A stretch of 57,121 bases of DNA from a bacterium (GCA_041690355.1 JAWLHK010000007.1:62001-119121), one strand, 5' to 3'. Positions 9,532 through 19,477 are shown, counted from the first letter of the stretch. A program made the numbers and translations. Notes: a model not told the origin generated them from the letters alone.

Positions 9532-10236
9532 TCAGTATTCAGTCGTCAGGCTTTCCACCGATTTCGCAATCGCCTTTCTTACAGACGGCCATCGCGCCCC
9601 GGCAACCAGCGCCTGATTCACTTCCAGCTCGAATCCCGCGTACTCCTGCCCGGAATACCGCTTGCGGAGGGCCGTAGGGAGGCCGTCGGCGGTTACCCGG
9701 TAGGGAGAGTTCCGCCGGACGCGGAGGCCTGGACCTTCGAGCGCGTCCTGCCAGCGCTGTGCAAGCAGACGCTCCACGGAACGCCGCGGATCGTACAGAA
9801 TTCCGATATCGGACTTGCGGACGACGCCGTCGAGCACCGGCGTGAACGAGTGCACGGCGACGTGCAGAACCCGCTCGCCGCGCTCAATCATGTTCGCCAC
9901 GGCCGCTTCGACCGCTTCGCGGTGGGGGGTCCAGCAGGCGGCGATCGCCTGCTCGCGCAGGGAGGAGCGGCGGACGGCAGGATGCAGCACCGACCGGTGG
10001 TGCAGGCTGCGATTCGCGTCGGCGAGCAGGCGCGTAATCGTCTGCACGTGAAGCGGCGCGGCGAAGCGGCGGGCCATCTGCCGCGCGAGGTCGGCCGCGC
10101 CTGCATCCCAGCCGCGGTGGGATGCAAGCAATTCTTCCGCTTCGGGGCCGAACAGATGCCGCCAGGCCGGGGGAACACGGTTGCCCCCATGCTCGCAGGT
10201 GATCAACAGGGACCAGGGCCGGCCATGATTCCCCAT
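9532..10236 (-). CDS. N-formylglutamate amidohydrolase family protein
   Basis: LITCEHGGNRVP, SHRGWDAGA, RLLADANRS, HSFTP, RRNSPY, ELEVNQ motifs. Confidence 0.9.
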   Translation of the reverse strand: MGNHGRPWSLLITCEHGGNRVPPAWRHLFGPEAEELLASHRGWDAGAADLARQMARRFAAPLHVQTITRLLADANRSLHHRSVLHPAVRRSSLREQAIAACWTPHREAVEAAVANMIERGERVLHVAVHSFTPVLDGVVRKSDIGILYDPRRSVERLLAQRWQDALEGPGLRVRRNSPYRVTADGLPTALRKRYSGQEYAGFELEVNQALVAGARWPSVRKAIAKSVESLTTEY

Positions 10237-10244
10237 GCGTACCT

Positions 10245-11510
10245 TCACGACACGAGAGAAACGGGTTCCGGGCGGGCGGTGAAGCTGCGGTCCGCGGCGA
10301 GACAATCGGCCAGCCGGCCGTAGACCGCGCGGACCCGTTCCGCATCCGGGTGGGGCCCGGTCGCCTCGGCAATCCGGCGCGCCAGGCTCCCCTCCCGCAG
10401 GATCGTATCGAGCGCCCGGCGTTCGGGCGCGGGCATGGTCTCGAGGAGCGACCCGCCGATCTTCCGCCACAGGTCGCCTGCGGTCGCCCGATCGGCGCGG
10501 AACCCGAAGGCGCGCAGGAATGCGGAATTGCGGATCACCGCGCGCTGGCCGTCACGGATGCAGGCCAGGAGGATCTCGTGCAGCGGCTCGACCGCCCACG
10601 CCTTCTGGGCGTTCCAGGAACACCAGCGCTCTTCGACCATCGCCCGCACCATCTCGACGACCAGGCGGGCAATGGCGATATCGGCCGTCGGGCTCTCCTG
10701 CACATCGAGCACGCGGATCTCGATGGCGTCGCGGTCGAACCTCGCGATCGCCCCCCGCGCGTTCAACCACTCGTGCTGCAGTATCCCCTCCGGATCGCAC
10801 GGCGCGATGTCGCGGTACATCCGCGCGAAGATCTCCTTCTCGTAGTCCGCCCGCGTGAAGACCGGCTCGGGAACGACGAGCCCGGTCACGGAGGGAATCC
10901 GCCGGCAGTTGTTCCGGTAGACATCCAGGCGGTTGTCGAGCACGCCCGTGACCCGGCCGTCCATGATCGGCGTGCTGGCGGCCAGGGCGGGAAGGATCGG
11001 CAGCACCATCCGGATAGCGGCATGGAGGCGGCCGAACTCCTCGTCGCCGTGGAAGGGGAGGTTGATGTGCATGCTCTGCAGGTTCGACCAGCCGTGACCC
11101 TGCGTGTTGAAGATCCGATCGAAAGCCTCGTAGACGGGACTGTAATCGTGCGGCCAAAGTTTCGTTTCGCGCAGCGGATCCATCAGAGGATGCATGCCCG
11201 TGGGAAGCAGGCGGCCCCCCATGCCGGCGAGCAGGCCGTTGACTTCCGCCACGTTCCGGTGGAAGTCGGCCGCGAGTCCGTCGAGACTCCGTGTTGGCTG
11301 CGCGCACTTGAACTCGATGACATGCAAGGCGAGCTCGTTCGACCAGTCGACGGCGCCGCGCTCCACATCGTTCGCGTACGATCCGGTGACCTGATGGATG
11401 ACCCGATCGGTGACGGGGAGGACCGACAGATCGTCGGCGCGGACAATCATGTACTCGAGCTCGATGCCGAACGCATCGAAAAGATGAAGAACGGGAACAG
11501 GGGTGCTCAT
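10245..11510 (-). CDS. Glutamate-cysteine ligase family 2 (GCS2) carboxylate-amine ligase
   Basis: FGIELEYMIV, NELALHVIE, PTGMHP, SMHINLP, IEIRVLD motifs. Confidence 0.88.
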   Translation of the reverse strand: MSTPVPVLHLFDAFGIELEYMIVRADDLSVLPVTDRVIHQVTGSYANDVERGAVDWSNELALHVIEFKCAQPTRSLDGLAADFHRNVAEVNGLLAGMGGRLLPTGMHPLMDPLRETKLWPHDYSPVYEAFDRIFNTQGHGWSNLQSMHINLPFHGDEEFGRLHAAIRMVLPILPALAASTPIMDGRVTGVLDNRLDVYRNNCRRIPSVTGLVVPEPVFTRADYEKEIFARMYRDIAPCDPEGILQHEWLNARGAIARFDRDAIEIRVLDVQESPTADIAIARLVVEMVRAMVEERWCSWNAQKAWAVEPLHEILLACIRDGQRAVIRNSAFLRAFGFRADRATAGDLWRKIGGSLLETMPAPERRALDTILREGSLARRIAEATGPHPDAERVRAVYGRLADCLAADRSFTARPEPVSLVS

Positions 11511-11535
11511 GGGTGCGCTTTCCACGCAGAAGGGT

Positions 11536-13092
11536 TCAGTCGCGGACGTCGACGCGGGTGCGGGGCGCTTGTCCGGGCGCGGAAGACGGCAACGGGTTCG
11601 AGGCCCGCGGCGCCGGGCGCTGCGCCGGCGCCGGGTTCTTCAGCTCGTCGATCCGGCTCACGACGGTCCGCATCACCCGCAGATAGAGCTCTTCCTTGAG
11701 CACGGCGTCTTCGAAGCCGGCGTCGAGACTCGGGTTGTCGTTGACCTCGATGACGTAGGCCTTGCCGTCGACCTCCTTGAGATCGACGCCGTAGAGGCCG
11801 TTTCCGATCAGATTCGCGGCACGCACGGCCGTCTTGAGAACGTGCTCGGGGACCGCTTCGATGGGGAGCGTTGCGACGTCGCCGAAGGAGTCGTCACCCT
11901 TCTCCTTGTGATTGATGATCTGCCAGTGCTTCGGCGCCATGTAGTAGCGGCAGGCATAGAAGGCCTGTCCGTCCAGGACCCCGATGCGCCAGTCGAACGG
12001 CGTCGGCATGAACTGCTGGGCGAGAACAAGATCGGACTTCTCGAAAAGGCGCTCGACTTCGGCGGCGAGCTCGGCGGCATCGGAGACCTTGACGACCCCC
12101 TGCGAGAACGAGCTGTCGGGCTGCTTGAGGATCATGGGGAGCCCGAGCTGGGCGACGAGGTCGGGAATCTGATCTTCGCTGTGCACGATTTCGGTGCGCG
12201 GCTGCGGGATGCGGTGGCGGTCCATCAGCTCGGCCAGGTAAACCTTGTTCGTGCACTTGAGAATGGAGTCGGGGTCGTCGATGACCACGAGCCCTTCGGC
12301 CTTCGCGCGGCGGGCGAAGCGAAAGGTGTGGTGGTTCACGGCCGTCGTCTCGCGGATGAAGAGGGCGTCGAACTCCGCGATCCGCCCGTAGTCTTCGCGG
12401 GTGACGATCTCGACGTCCATATCCAGCGATTCGGCCGCGCGCACGAAGCGCTGGATCGCCTTCTCGTTCGACGGCTTGGTCTGCTCGGCCGGATCGTAGA
12501 GGATGGCGAGCGCGTACCGGCCCGTCTCCCAGTTGCCCACGTTAGAGCGGGAGCCGCTGAAGTACTCGGTGGCCTCCTGAATGACGAACGGCCGGTGTTC
12601 TTCGGGAATTTCGCTGGCCGCAATCGGGCGGATGCTCTGCAGCTGCCAGCCGTCGGGGTTGTTGACGAACTGCGCCCGCAGAAACGGCGCGGGGAACAGT
12701 TTGAACAGGTTGCCCGCGAGCCGATCATAGGCCTTGGCCAGGTTCTTGCCGAAGTAGATGCTGAGCGTGAACCGGTCGGACTTGATGGTGGCAAGGCTCT
12801 TCTGAATCAACCGATCCAGGTCATCGGACACGAACCGCACGAGCGTCTGCGATTTCATGTCGAGAATCGTCGATACGTGGGGGAGCGGCTTGTGGCCGCG
12901 GGCTTCGGCGAGCAGCGAAACGTAGTAGCCGTTGCTCTGGTAGCGGTAGGAGCGGCAGAGGTTGTAGACACGCGTGTTGCGCATCTTGCTGTAGCGCGGC
13001 TCCGTCAGGTAGGAGCGCACGGTGACGATCTCTACGCCGGGAATGGCGAGGGGAAAGTCCTTGAGGCTGTTGACGATGATCAGCGTATACAT
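11536..13092 (-). CDS. RimK-family ATP-grasp ligase with N-terminal RLAN-type domain
   Basis: N-terminal VYNLCRSYRYQSNGYYVSLLAEARGH. ATP-grasp motifs CTNKVYL, KQPDSSFSQGV, DWRIGVL, YGVDLK, IEVNDNP. Confidence 0.9.
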   Translation of the reverse strand: MYTLIIVNSLKDFPLAIPGVEIVTVRSYLTEPRYSKMRNTRVYNLCRSYRYQSNGYYVSLLAEARGHKPLPHVSTILDMKSQTLVRFVSDDLDRLIQKSLATIKSDRFTLSIYFGKNLAKAYDRLAGNLFKLFPAPFLRAQFVNNPDGWQLQSIRPIAASEIPEEHRPFVIQEATEYFSGSRSNVGNWETGRYALAILYDPAEQTKPSNEKAIQRFVRAAESLDMDVEIVTREDYGRIAEFDALFIRETTAVNHHTFRFARRAKAEGLVVIDDPDSILKCTNKVYLAELMDRHRIPQPRTEIVHSEDQIPDLVAQLGLPMILKQPDSSFSQGVVKVSDAAELAAEVERLFEKSDLVLAQQFMPTPFDWRIGVLDGQAFYACRYYMAPKHWQIINHKEKGDDSFGDVATLPIEAVPEHVLKTAVRAANLIGNGLYGVDLKEVDGKAYVIEVNDNPSLDAGFEDAVLKEELYLRVMRTVVSRIDELKNPAPAQRPAPRASNPLPSSAPGQAPRTRVDVRD

Positions 13093-13153
13093 AAGCGCAG
13101 GGGCTCACAGGGGCGGAACCGGCGCTTGCCGCATCGTATGTCGTCGTCGACGC

Positions 13154-13867
13154 TCACTCGCCTTTTCCTTTCGGTTCGAGAATCAAAAGATTGGCATCGT
13201 AGGTGATGACGCCGAGCAGAATGGCGCAGATCACCCGGTCGATGCTGACTTCGTAAAGCTGCCCTTCGGCAAGGGGATTCTCCTGGTACGGATCGGCGAC
13301 GAGCACGGTGCGCTGCTCGGGGCGGTATCCGCAGAGGACGACGAAATGCCCTTGGGGAACGCCGCGCAGATCGTCGTCGATCAGGGTGTCGCCGCCGACC
13401 TCGCGCATCTGCCCGTACAGATAGGTCGCGCTCAGTCCGCAGAGAATCGGCGTACCCTTGTTCAGGTGCCTGCGGATGAGGGCCGAGGTCAGATCGCGCT
13501 GGCGCATCCGCCCGCCATACCGCAGAAATTCCAGATAGGCTTCGGATGCCTGGCGCAGGCGCGCGTCGTCCTTGAGAGCCATCTGCGCGCGCAGCCGTTC
13601 CGCCAGATCCACCTCGCTGGTGAACCAGGTCGGGTCAAAGACGTGCAGATTGTAGGTATAGATGGTCGCCCGGTATCCGCGGCGCAGGGCATCGCAGGCG
13701 AGCAGCACCGCCAATGTTCCGCCCCCTTCGAGCGCGGGGACGCTCGCGATGACGTCGGCCAGGGGCAGATCCTGTCCGTAGTAGCGATAGACCGCCTGCA
13801 GACACGTTGGGCCGCAGGTGGAATCGTCAGGCTGGGGAAGGATGTCGAGGCGGAGCTGGCTTTCCAA
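13154..13867 (-). CDS. Papain-fold C39-like cysteine peptidase
   Basis: QPDDSTCGPTCL (Q..C), GHFVVLCGY (His), VADP (Asp). TTG start. Confidence 0.8.
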   Translation of the reverse strand: MESQLRLDILPQPDDSTCGPTCLQAVYRYYGQDLPLADVIASVPALEGGGTLAVLLACDALRRGYRATIYTYNLHVFDPTWFTSEVDLAERLRAQMALKDDARLRQASEAYLEFLRYGGRMRQRDLTSALIRRHLNKGTPILCGLSATYLYGQMREVGGDTLIDDDLRGVPQGHFVVLCGYRPEQRTVLVADPYQENPLAEGQLYEVSIDRVICAILLGVITYDANLLILEPKGKGE

Positions 13868-14004
13868 TCAGCGACCGGGTGAACGCGGATGCGAACCCCA
13901 ATATTAAACCACAGCCCCGGGCCGGCCGCCTTGAAAGGAGGGGCCGTCCTGCGTTGCGCTCCGGTGGAATTCCAAGGGAACCCTACCCCCGGCGGGGGCG
14001 GAAA

Positions 14005-15552
14005 TCAGGCGGCCGAGGTCATGAGTTTCAGCAGCTCGGAGTCGGCGCTGCGCACCGCCTCGCTGACACTGACGGAATGGACCGTGCCCGAAGCCGTATC
14101 CACGGCGCTCACTTCAAGCAGCCCGTTCGTATCCACGTAGAACTCAACGCGCAACTGTACCTCGCCCTGCGGCTTCGCGGGCAGGCCGTTGATTTCGAAC
14201 ACGCCGAGCAGGGCGTTCTCTTCGGGGCGCTTCGACTCGCCCTGAACGACTCGCAGCTTGACCGACTGCTGATTGTCCTGGGTGGTGACGAAGGTCTCGG
14301 AGCGACGGGCCGGGAGGCGGGCCCCCTGCTCGATGAGCGGCCGGCAGACCCCCGCCGAAACGAGGCTGAGCTGCCGCGGGAGCACGTCGAGCAGCACCTG
14401 CTTGCTCTCGCCGGTCGACAGCAGGTGCGCATACCGCGCGGCGCCGCTCGCCACCGCCTCTTCGGGGTGAATCCCCTTCACCGGCTGCCGACCGAAGAAA
14501 TCCGAGGCTGCCTTCTGCACGACCGGCGCACGCGTCATGCCGCCAATGAGCACGACATCCTGAATGTCGGTGGTCTTGAGCCTTGCCAGATGCAGGGCCT
14601 CGCGGCAGGTGCCGACAAGCCGATCGACCAGCGGCTGCGCGAGGTTCGCCAGGGCCGTACGGGTAAGGGTGGCCGCGAAGTTGACCGCCTTGTCGCCCTT
14701 GCGGGTCAGGAACGGCAGGTCGACCATGGCCATCGGCTGTGTCGACAGGGAAATTTTGGCCGTTTCGGCGGCTTCCTTGAGCCGCGAGAGGGCCGCCGAG
14801 TCTCCCGTCAGGTCGACCCCTTCTTTCTGGCGGATCGCCTCGAGCCAGTGGCCGACGATGGCGTCGTCGAAGTTCTCGCCCCCAAGCAGGGTATCGCCGC
14901 AGGTGGCCAGCACTTCGAAAACGTCGCGGTCGATGCGCATGATGGTCACGTCGAAGGTGCCGCCGCCCAGGTCGAAGATGGCGATCGTCCGGCGCCCCGG
15001 GTTCGCAACGCTGTACGCGAGAGCGGCCGCCGTCGGCTCGTTCATGAGGCGCAGCGGCTCGAGGCCGGCCATCTTGGCGGCCAGATGGGTAGCCTGGCGC
15101 TGGATTTCGTTGTAGCTGGCGGGCACGGTGATGACGGCGCGAGTGACGGGGGCGCCAAGGCTCTGACTCGCCGCCTCGCGCAGCTCGCGCAGAATGTAGG
15201 CCGCCATTTCGACGGGGCTCACAGAACGGCCGTGCAGCGAAGCCACGGCCTGGCCGCGGTTGCCGCCTGTGATCTCGTAGGGTACGCGGCCGCGCAGGTC
15301 ACGGATCACGTCGCTGTCGAACGACCGCCCGAGCAGCCGCTTGAAAGCCGTGACGGTACCGGTGGGGTTCGTGAGCGCCTGCCGCCGGGCAGGATGCCCG
15401 ACCACCACGCGATGCTGCGGCGTGACCGCCACGCAACTCGGGGTCAGCTTGTATCCCTGTCTATCCTCCAGAATGCGCGTCGTCACCCCATCGTACAGGG
15501 CGGCGCAGGAGGAAGTCGTTCCCAGATCGATGCCAATCGTCAATTCTTTCAT
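14005..15552 (-). CDS. Hsp70/DnaK-like protein lacking the C-terminal helical lid
   Basis: IGIDLGTT, NEPTAAALAY, DLGGGTFDV, VLIGGMTR, linker VLLDV, beta-sandwich SBD. Ends at 515 aa. Confidence 0.9.
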   Translation of the reverse strand: MKELTIGIDLGTTSSCAALYDGVTTRILEDRQGYKLTPSCVAVTPQHRVVVGHPARRQALTNPTGTVTAFKRLLGRSFDSDVIRDLRGRVPYEITGGNRGQAVASLHGRSVSPVEMAAYILRELREAASQSLGAPVTRAVITVPASYNEIQRQATHLAAKMAGLEPLRLMNEPTAAALAYSVANPGRRTIAIFDLGGGTFDVTIMRIDRDVFEVLATCGDTLLGGENFDDAIVGHWLEAIRQKEGVDLTGDSAALSRLKEAAETAKISLSTQPMAMVDLPFLTRKGDKAVNFAATLTRTALANLAQPLVDRLVGTCREALHLARLKTTDIQDVVLIGGMTRAPVVQKAASDFFGRQPVKGIHPEEAVASGAARYAHLLSTGESKQVLLDVLPRQLSLVSAGVCRPLIEQGARLPARRSETFVTTQDNQQSVKLRVVQGESKRPEENALLGVFEINGLPAKPQGEVQLRVEFYVDTNGLLEVSAVDTASGTVHSVSVSEAVRSADSELLKLMTSAA

Positions 15553-15795
15553 CTGTCTGCCTCTGAGATCCTGCCGACGGTGCAGAAAGTTCGCACACGT
15601 CTCCCGGTTGCATTGTCGCTGAGAGGAAAATCGCTAGGTGGATGCAGGCGGTATTCCGCTTACGATACTCGGTCGATCGCCCGCTCGTCAATACCGTAAA
15701 ATGGCTATGGACATATAGGCGGTGTGGCGAAACGTTGCACGCCAGGCAAACCGGAGCGCTCTTCGCCCCGAGGCGATCGGGTACCATGGATACAC

Positions 15796-17235
15796 ATGTT
15801 TGACGCCCTGACAGACCTCTGGCCCACCTTCGCCGCCGTGGCAACCGTCCTGCTCACGGTTATCGCCGCGCTGCATGCCGTGGTCTACAAGCGGGACGTA
15901 CGGGCCTCCATCGGCTGGGTCGGCCTCATTCTCGTCGCGCCGGGGGTCGGCGCCCTGCTCTACTTTCTCCTCGGCATCAACCGCGTGAGCCGGCGGGTAC
16001 GGGCGCGCATGGCCGAGCGCAACCGGCTCTACCGCGAAGACCCCGGTCAAGGTCTCGCCGCGACGCCGTCTTCGTCCGACGTGGGCGACCTGGCGCCGCT
16101 GGCCGAGGTCACCCGCAAGGTCACCGGGCGCGGCCTCACGGCGGGCAACCGCATCGAACCGCTCGACAGCGGTGACGAAGCCTACCCGGCCATGCTCACG
16201 GCCATCGAGGAGGCGCGCCACTCCATTCACCTGCAGACCTACATCTTCGATCGGGATGCGGCGGGCCTGCGCTTCGCCGAGGCCCTGGGGCGCGCCGTCG
16301 ACCGCGGCGTGGCCGTGCGGGTGATCCTCGACGACGTGGGGGCGCGCTACTCCTTCCCCTCCATCATCGGGCCGCTGCGCCGTAAAGGGGTCCAGGTCGC
16401 GCGCTTCATGCGCACGGTGTTCCCCTGGCGCTTCCCCTACATCAATCTACGTAGTCACCGCAAGGTGCTGGTCGTCGACGGCCGGCTCGGCTTCACGGGG
16501 GGAATCAACATTCGCGAAGGGCACATCCTGGCCGACGATCCGACGCACCCCGTGCGCGACCTGCACTTCAGCGTCGAGGGGCCCGTGGTCGCGCACCTGC
16601 AGGCGAGCTTTCTGCACGACTGGTCGTTCTGCACGGGAGAGAATCTGGGAGGAACGGAGTACTTTCCCGCGCTGGCGCCTGCCGGACAGGGCCTGGCCCG
16701 GGGGATCGCCGACGGACCCGACGAAGACTTCGACCGCCTGCGCCTCGTCCTCTTCGGCGCCATCGCCTCGGCCCAGCGCAGCCTGCGCATCATGACGCCA
16801 TACTTTCTTCCCGACCAGGCGTTCATCTCGGCGCTCAACACGGCGGCCATGCGCGGCATCGACGTGCGCATCCTGCTCCCCGGCAAGAACAACCTCGTGC
16901 TCGTGCACTGGGCCTCGCTGGCCGACCACTGGCAGGTGCTCGAGCACGGCTGCCGCCTGTACCTGAGCCCGCCGCCGTTCGATCACAGCAAGCTGTTCAT
17001 CGTCGACGACGCCTGGGTGCTCATCGGTTCGGCCAATTGGGACCCGCGCAGCCTGCGCCTGAACTTCGAATACAACGTGGAGTGCTACGACCGCGAATTC
17101 GCCGGACGACTCGGCGCCGACTTTGACGCCCGGCTCGCACGTGCCCGCGAGATTTCCTTCGCGGAAGTCATGGGACGGCCGTTCCGCTACAAAGTGCGCG
17201 ACAACCTTGCGCGGCTGCTGTCGCCGTATCTGTGA
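15796..17235 (+). CDS. cls: Cardiolipin synthase (phospholipase D family)
   Basis: Two N-terminal TM helices and two HKD motifs (HRKVLVVD, HSKLFIVD), GSANWDPRS. Confidence 0.9.
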   Translation: MFDALTDLWPTFAAVATVLLTVIAALHAVVYKRDVRASIGWVGLILVAPGVGALLYFLLGINRVSRRVRARMAERNRLYREDPGQGLAATPSSSDVGDLAPLAEVTRKVTGRGLTAGNRIEPLDSGDEAYPAMLTAIEEARHSIHLQTYIFDRDAAGLRFAEALGRAVDRGVAVRVILDDVGARYSFPSIIGPLRRKGVQVARFMRTVFPWRFPYINLRSHRKVLVVDGRLGFTGGINIREGHILADDPTHPVRDLHFSVEGPVVAHLQASFLHDWSFCTGENLGGTEYFPALAPAGQGLARGIADGPDEDFDRLRLVLFGAIASAQRSLRIMTPYFLPDQAFISALNTAAMRGIDVRILLPGKNNLVLVHWASLADHWQVLEHGCRLYLSPPPFDHSKLFIVDDAWVLIGSANWDPRSLRLNFEYNVECYDREFAGRLGADFDARLARAREISFAEVMGRPFRYKVRDNLARLLSPYL

Positions 17236-17283
17236 GCGTTACCGAACCACGCAGTGGCGTCGCTCCAACGCGCTTTACCGACG

Positions 17284-18363
17284 TCAGCCGTCCGGCGTCC
17301 GACGTCCGACCTGCCCGTACGTGCACTCCTCCGGCCTCTTCTCGGGACGCCAGCGCAGGAAGCGGACGGCGTGGCGGAAGCGGCCTTCGCTGAAGTGATC
17401 GTAGAGGATCTCGCAGACGAGCACGGGCTCGACCGGAACAAAGGAGGGGTCGCGGCCGCGCGCCCAACGGCTGGGCCCGGGGATGCGACCCGTGAAGCCG
17501 CCGCGCCCCGCGATCTTCTCGAGCACCGGCGTGATCTCGTCGCGCAGGTCGCGGGGGAGCGCGGAGCTCTGGCCCACCTGATCGAGAAGGCCCTGCTCGT
17601 TGTAGAGGCCGAAGAGCAGCGTACCGACGACGCGCGTACCCGTGCGGTAGCGGAAACCGCCGATGACGCAGTCGGCCGTGCGCATGCGCTTGAACTTGCG
17701 CAGCGTGTCGACGCGAGCGCCGACCCAGGGGGCCGTGGCGTCCTTGGCCATCACGCCGTCGAGGCCGATGCCCCCGAATTCGTGCAGCCATTGCCGGGCG
17801 AGCTCGGGGTCGCCCGTCTGCGGCGAGAGACGCATCCGCTCGCGGTCGGCGCCGCTTCGCTGGAGGAAGCGTTCCAGGCGCGCTCTCCGTTCCGCCAGGG
17901 GAAGAGGTAGAAGCGATTCCCCCTGTTCCACCAGCAGGTCGAAGAGGACGTAGTGGGCGGGGCGCTCTCGCGACAGTTTCTCGATGCGCGACGCGGCCGG
18001 GTGGATGCGGAGCAGCAGATCCTCGAATGACAGCCCCCGCGCGGCGGGGATGACCAGCTCGCCGTCGAGCACGAAGTGGTCTGCGTGCAGGTTCCGCACG
18101 AGATCGGCGACTTCGGGGAAGTAGCGAGCGAGCGGCTGGCCGGCCTTCGACTGCAGGACGACCGTATCGCCGTCGCGGAAAGCGAGCGCGCGAAAGCCGT
18201 CCCACTTGGGCTCGTAGACCCACCGTTCCCCCTCGGGGAGCACGTCGGCGCGCGTCCCCTGCATGACGGGGAATGGGGGGGTGATCGGAAGATGCACGGC
18301 GGGAAAGCCGGATTCCGCAATGCGCGGGGGGGTCGGGGAGGCGCCGGAGGAACTATCGGGCAT
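17284..18363 (-). CDS. ATP-dependent DNA ligase (LigC-like)
   Basis: YEPKWDGFR (adenylated Lys), LDGEL, YVLFDLL, DGVMAK, RFLRWRPEK. Confidence 0.88.
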   Translation of the reverse strand: MPDSSSGASPTPPRIAESGFPAVHLPITPPFPVMQGTRADVLPEGERWVYEPKWDGFRALAFRDGDTVVLQSKAGQPLARYFPEVADLVRNLHADHFVLDGELVIPAARGLSFEDLLLRIHPAASRIEKLSRERPAHYVLFDLLVEQGESLLPLPLAERRARLERFLQRSGADRERMRLSPQTGDPELARQWLHEFGGIGLDGVMAKDATAPWVGARVDTLRKFKRMRTADCVIGGFRYRTGTRVVGTLLFGLYNEQGLLDQVGQSSALPRDLRDEITPVLEKIAGRGGFTGRIPGPSRWARGRDPSFVPVEPVLVCEILYDHFSEGRFRHAVRFLRWRPEKRPEECTYGQVGRRTPDG

Positions 18364-18704
18364 CTTTCCACCACCTCCCGCCTGCGCTGGCGCGCATGGC
18401 GCCCTCCTCCTCCAGCGAGGAGGAGGGGAAATAGATTGCGAGGGGAATCGCAGAGATCATGTTTCCATCTTCGTAGCCGAGGAAGGAATCGTCAGGCACG
18501 GCAGCTCGCCAGGCGAGGGGCCGCGGGGCCGCCACGTTCCCACTTGAGCTGTTATGGGACACCATTGTTATCGCAGGTATGTCGTCCTTGCTTCGTCAGG
18601 AATTAAGAATCCGGAATCAGGAATGGCGCCCCCGCAATTGTGATTGCGGAAGCGCTCAGGTACGATGTGTAAGTTTACGTTCCCTAACTGTGGAGGATCG
18701 ATCG

Positions 18705-19403
18705 ATGACGAAACGTTGGATGGCCGTGGCCGTCGGCCTCGGGCTGGCCGCCTGCCAGCAGGGTCCGAAGGATGTGAAGCTGGAATCGCAGAATGACAAG
18801 GTGAGCTACGCCATCGGGCTGGACATCGGTCGCAACTTCGAGCGCCAGGGCCTCGAAGTGAATCCGGATATCATTGCCGCCGGCATGCGCGACGCGCTGA
18901 CCAAGGCCGAGCCGAAGATGACCGACGAAGAAATGCGCGAAACCATGATGGCGTTCCGCCAGGAAATGATCGCGAAGCAGACCCAGAAGGCCGAAGAAGC
19001 TTCGTCGGGCAACAAGGAAGCCGGTCAGAAGTTTCTCGAAGAGAACAAGACCAAAGAGGGCGTGAAGACGACCGAAAGCGGCCTCCAGTACAAAGTGCTG
19101 ACCGAGGGCAAGGGCAAGAGCCCCGGCGCCGAAGATCAGGTCAAGGTGCACTACGAGGGCAAGCTGCTCGACGGCACGGTCTTCGACAGCTCGTACAAGC
19201 GCGGCGAACCGGCCGTGTTCCCCGTGAACGGGCTGATTCCGGGCTGGACCGAAGCCCTGCAGCTGATGAAGCCGGGCGCCAAGTGGGAGCTGTACATCCC
19301 CGCCGATCTCGCCTACGGCGACCGCGGCGCGGGCCCGCAGATCCCCCCGGGTTCGACGCTCATCTTCACGACCGAGCTGATCGAAGTCATGCCCAAGAAG
19401 TAA
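18705..19403 (+). CDS. FKBP-type peptidyl-prolyl isomerase lipoprotein (FkpA/Mip-like)
   Basis: Lipobox LAAC, FKBP_N (KVSYAIG), VHYEGKLLDGTVFDSS, LIPGWTEAL, IPPGSTLIF. GGAGG RBS. Confidence 0.93.
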   Translation: MTKRWMAVAVGLGLAACQQGPKDVKLESQNDKVSYAIGLDIGRNFERQGLEVNPDIIAAGMRDALTKAEPKMTDEEMRETMMAFRQEMIAKQTQKAEEASSGNKEAGQKFLEENKTKEGVKTTESGLQYKVLTEGKGKSPGAEDQVKVHYEGKLLDGTVFDSSYKRGEPAVFPVNGLIPGWTEALQLMKPGAKWELYIPADLAYGDRGAGPQIPPGSTLIFTTELIEVMPKK

Positions 19404-19438
19404 GCCGTTTCTGCCGCCGGGCGGATTCGAATCTTTTG

Positions 19439-19477
19439 CCCCCGCAGTGCCTGAAGGTGCTGCGGGGGTTCTTTTTT
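19439..19477 (+). terminator. Intrinsic terminator after the FKBP gene
   Basis: Stem CCCCCGCAGTGCC-TGAA-GGTGCTGCGGGGG followed by TTCTTTTTT. Confidence 0.8.

Noticed and set aside
13093-14004. Search for a RiPP precursor peptide beside the ATP-grasp and C39-like genes
   Set aside because: No short ORF with an RBS or repeated core motifs was found in the flanking intergenic segments, so a graspetide-type RiPP is unsupported.
18353-18565. 70-aa minus-strand ORF upstream of the ligase
   Set aside because: No motif or RBS, and it runs through a palindromic repeat.
19404-19440. tRNA-like GGATTCGAATC after the FKBP gene
   Set aside because: No cloverleaf can be built. The adjacent structure is a terminator.
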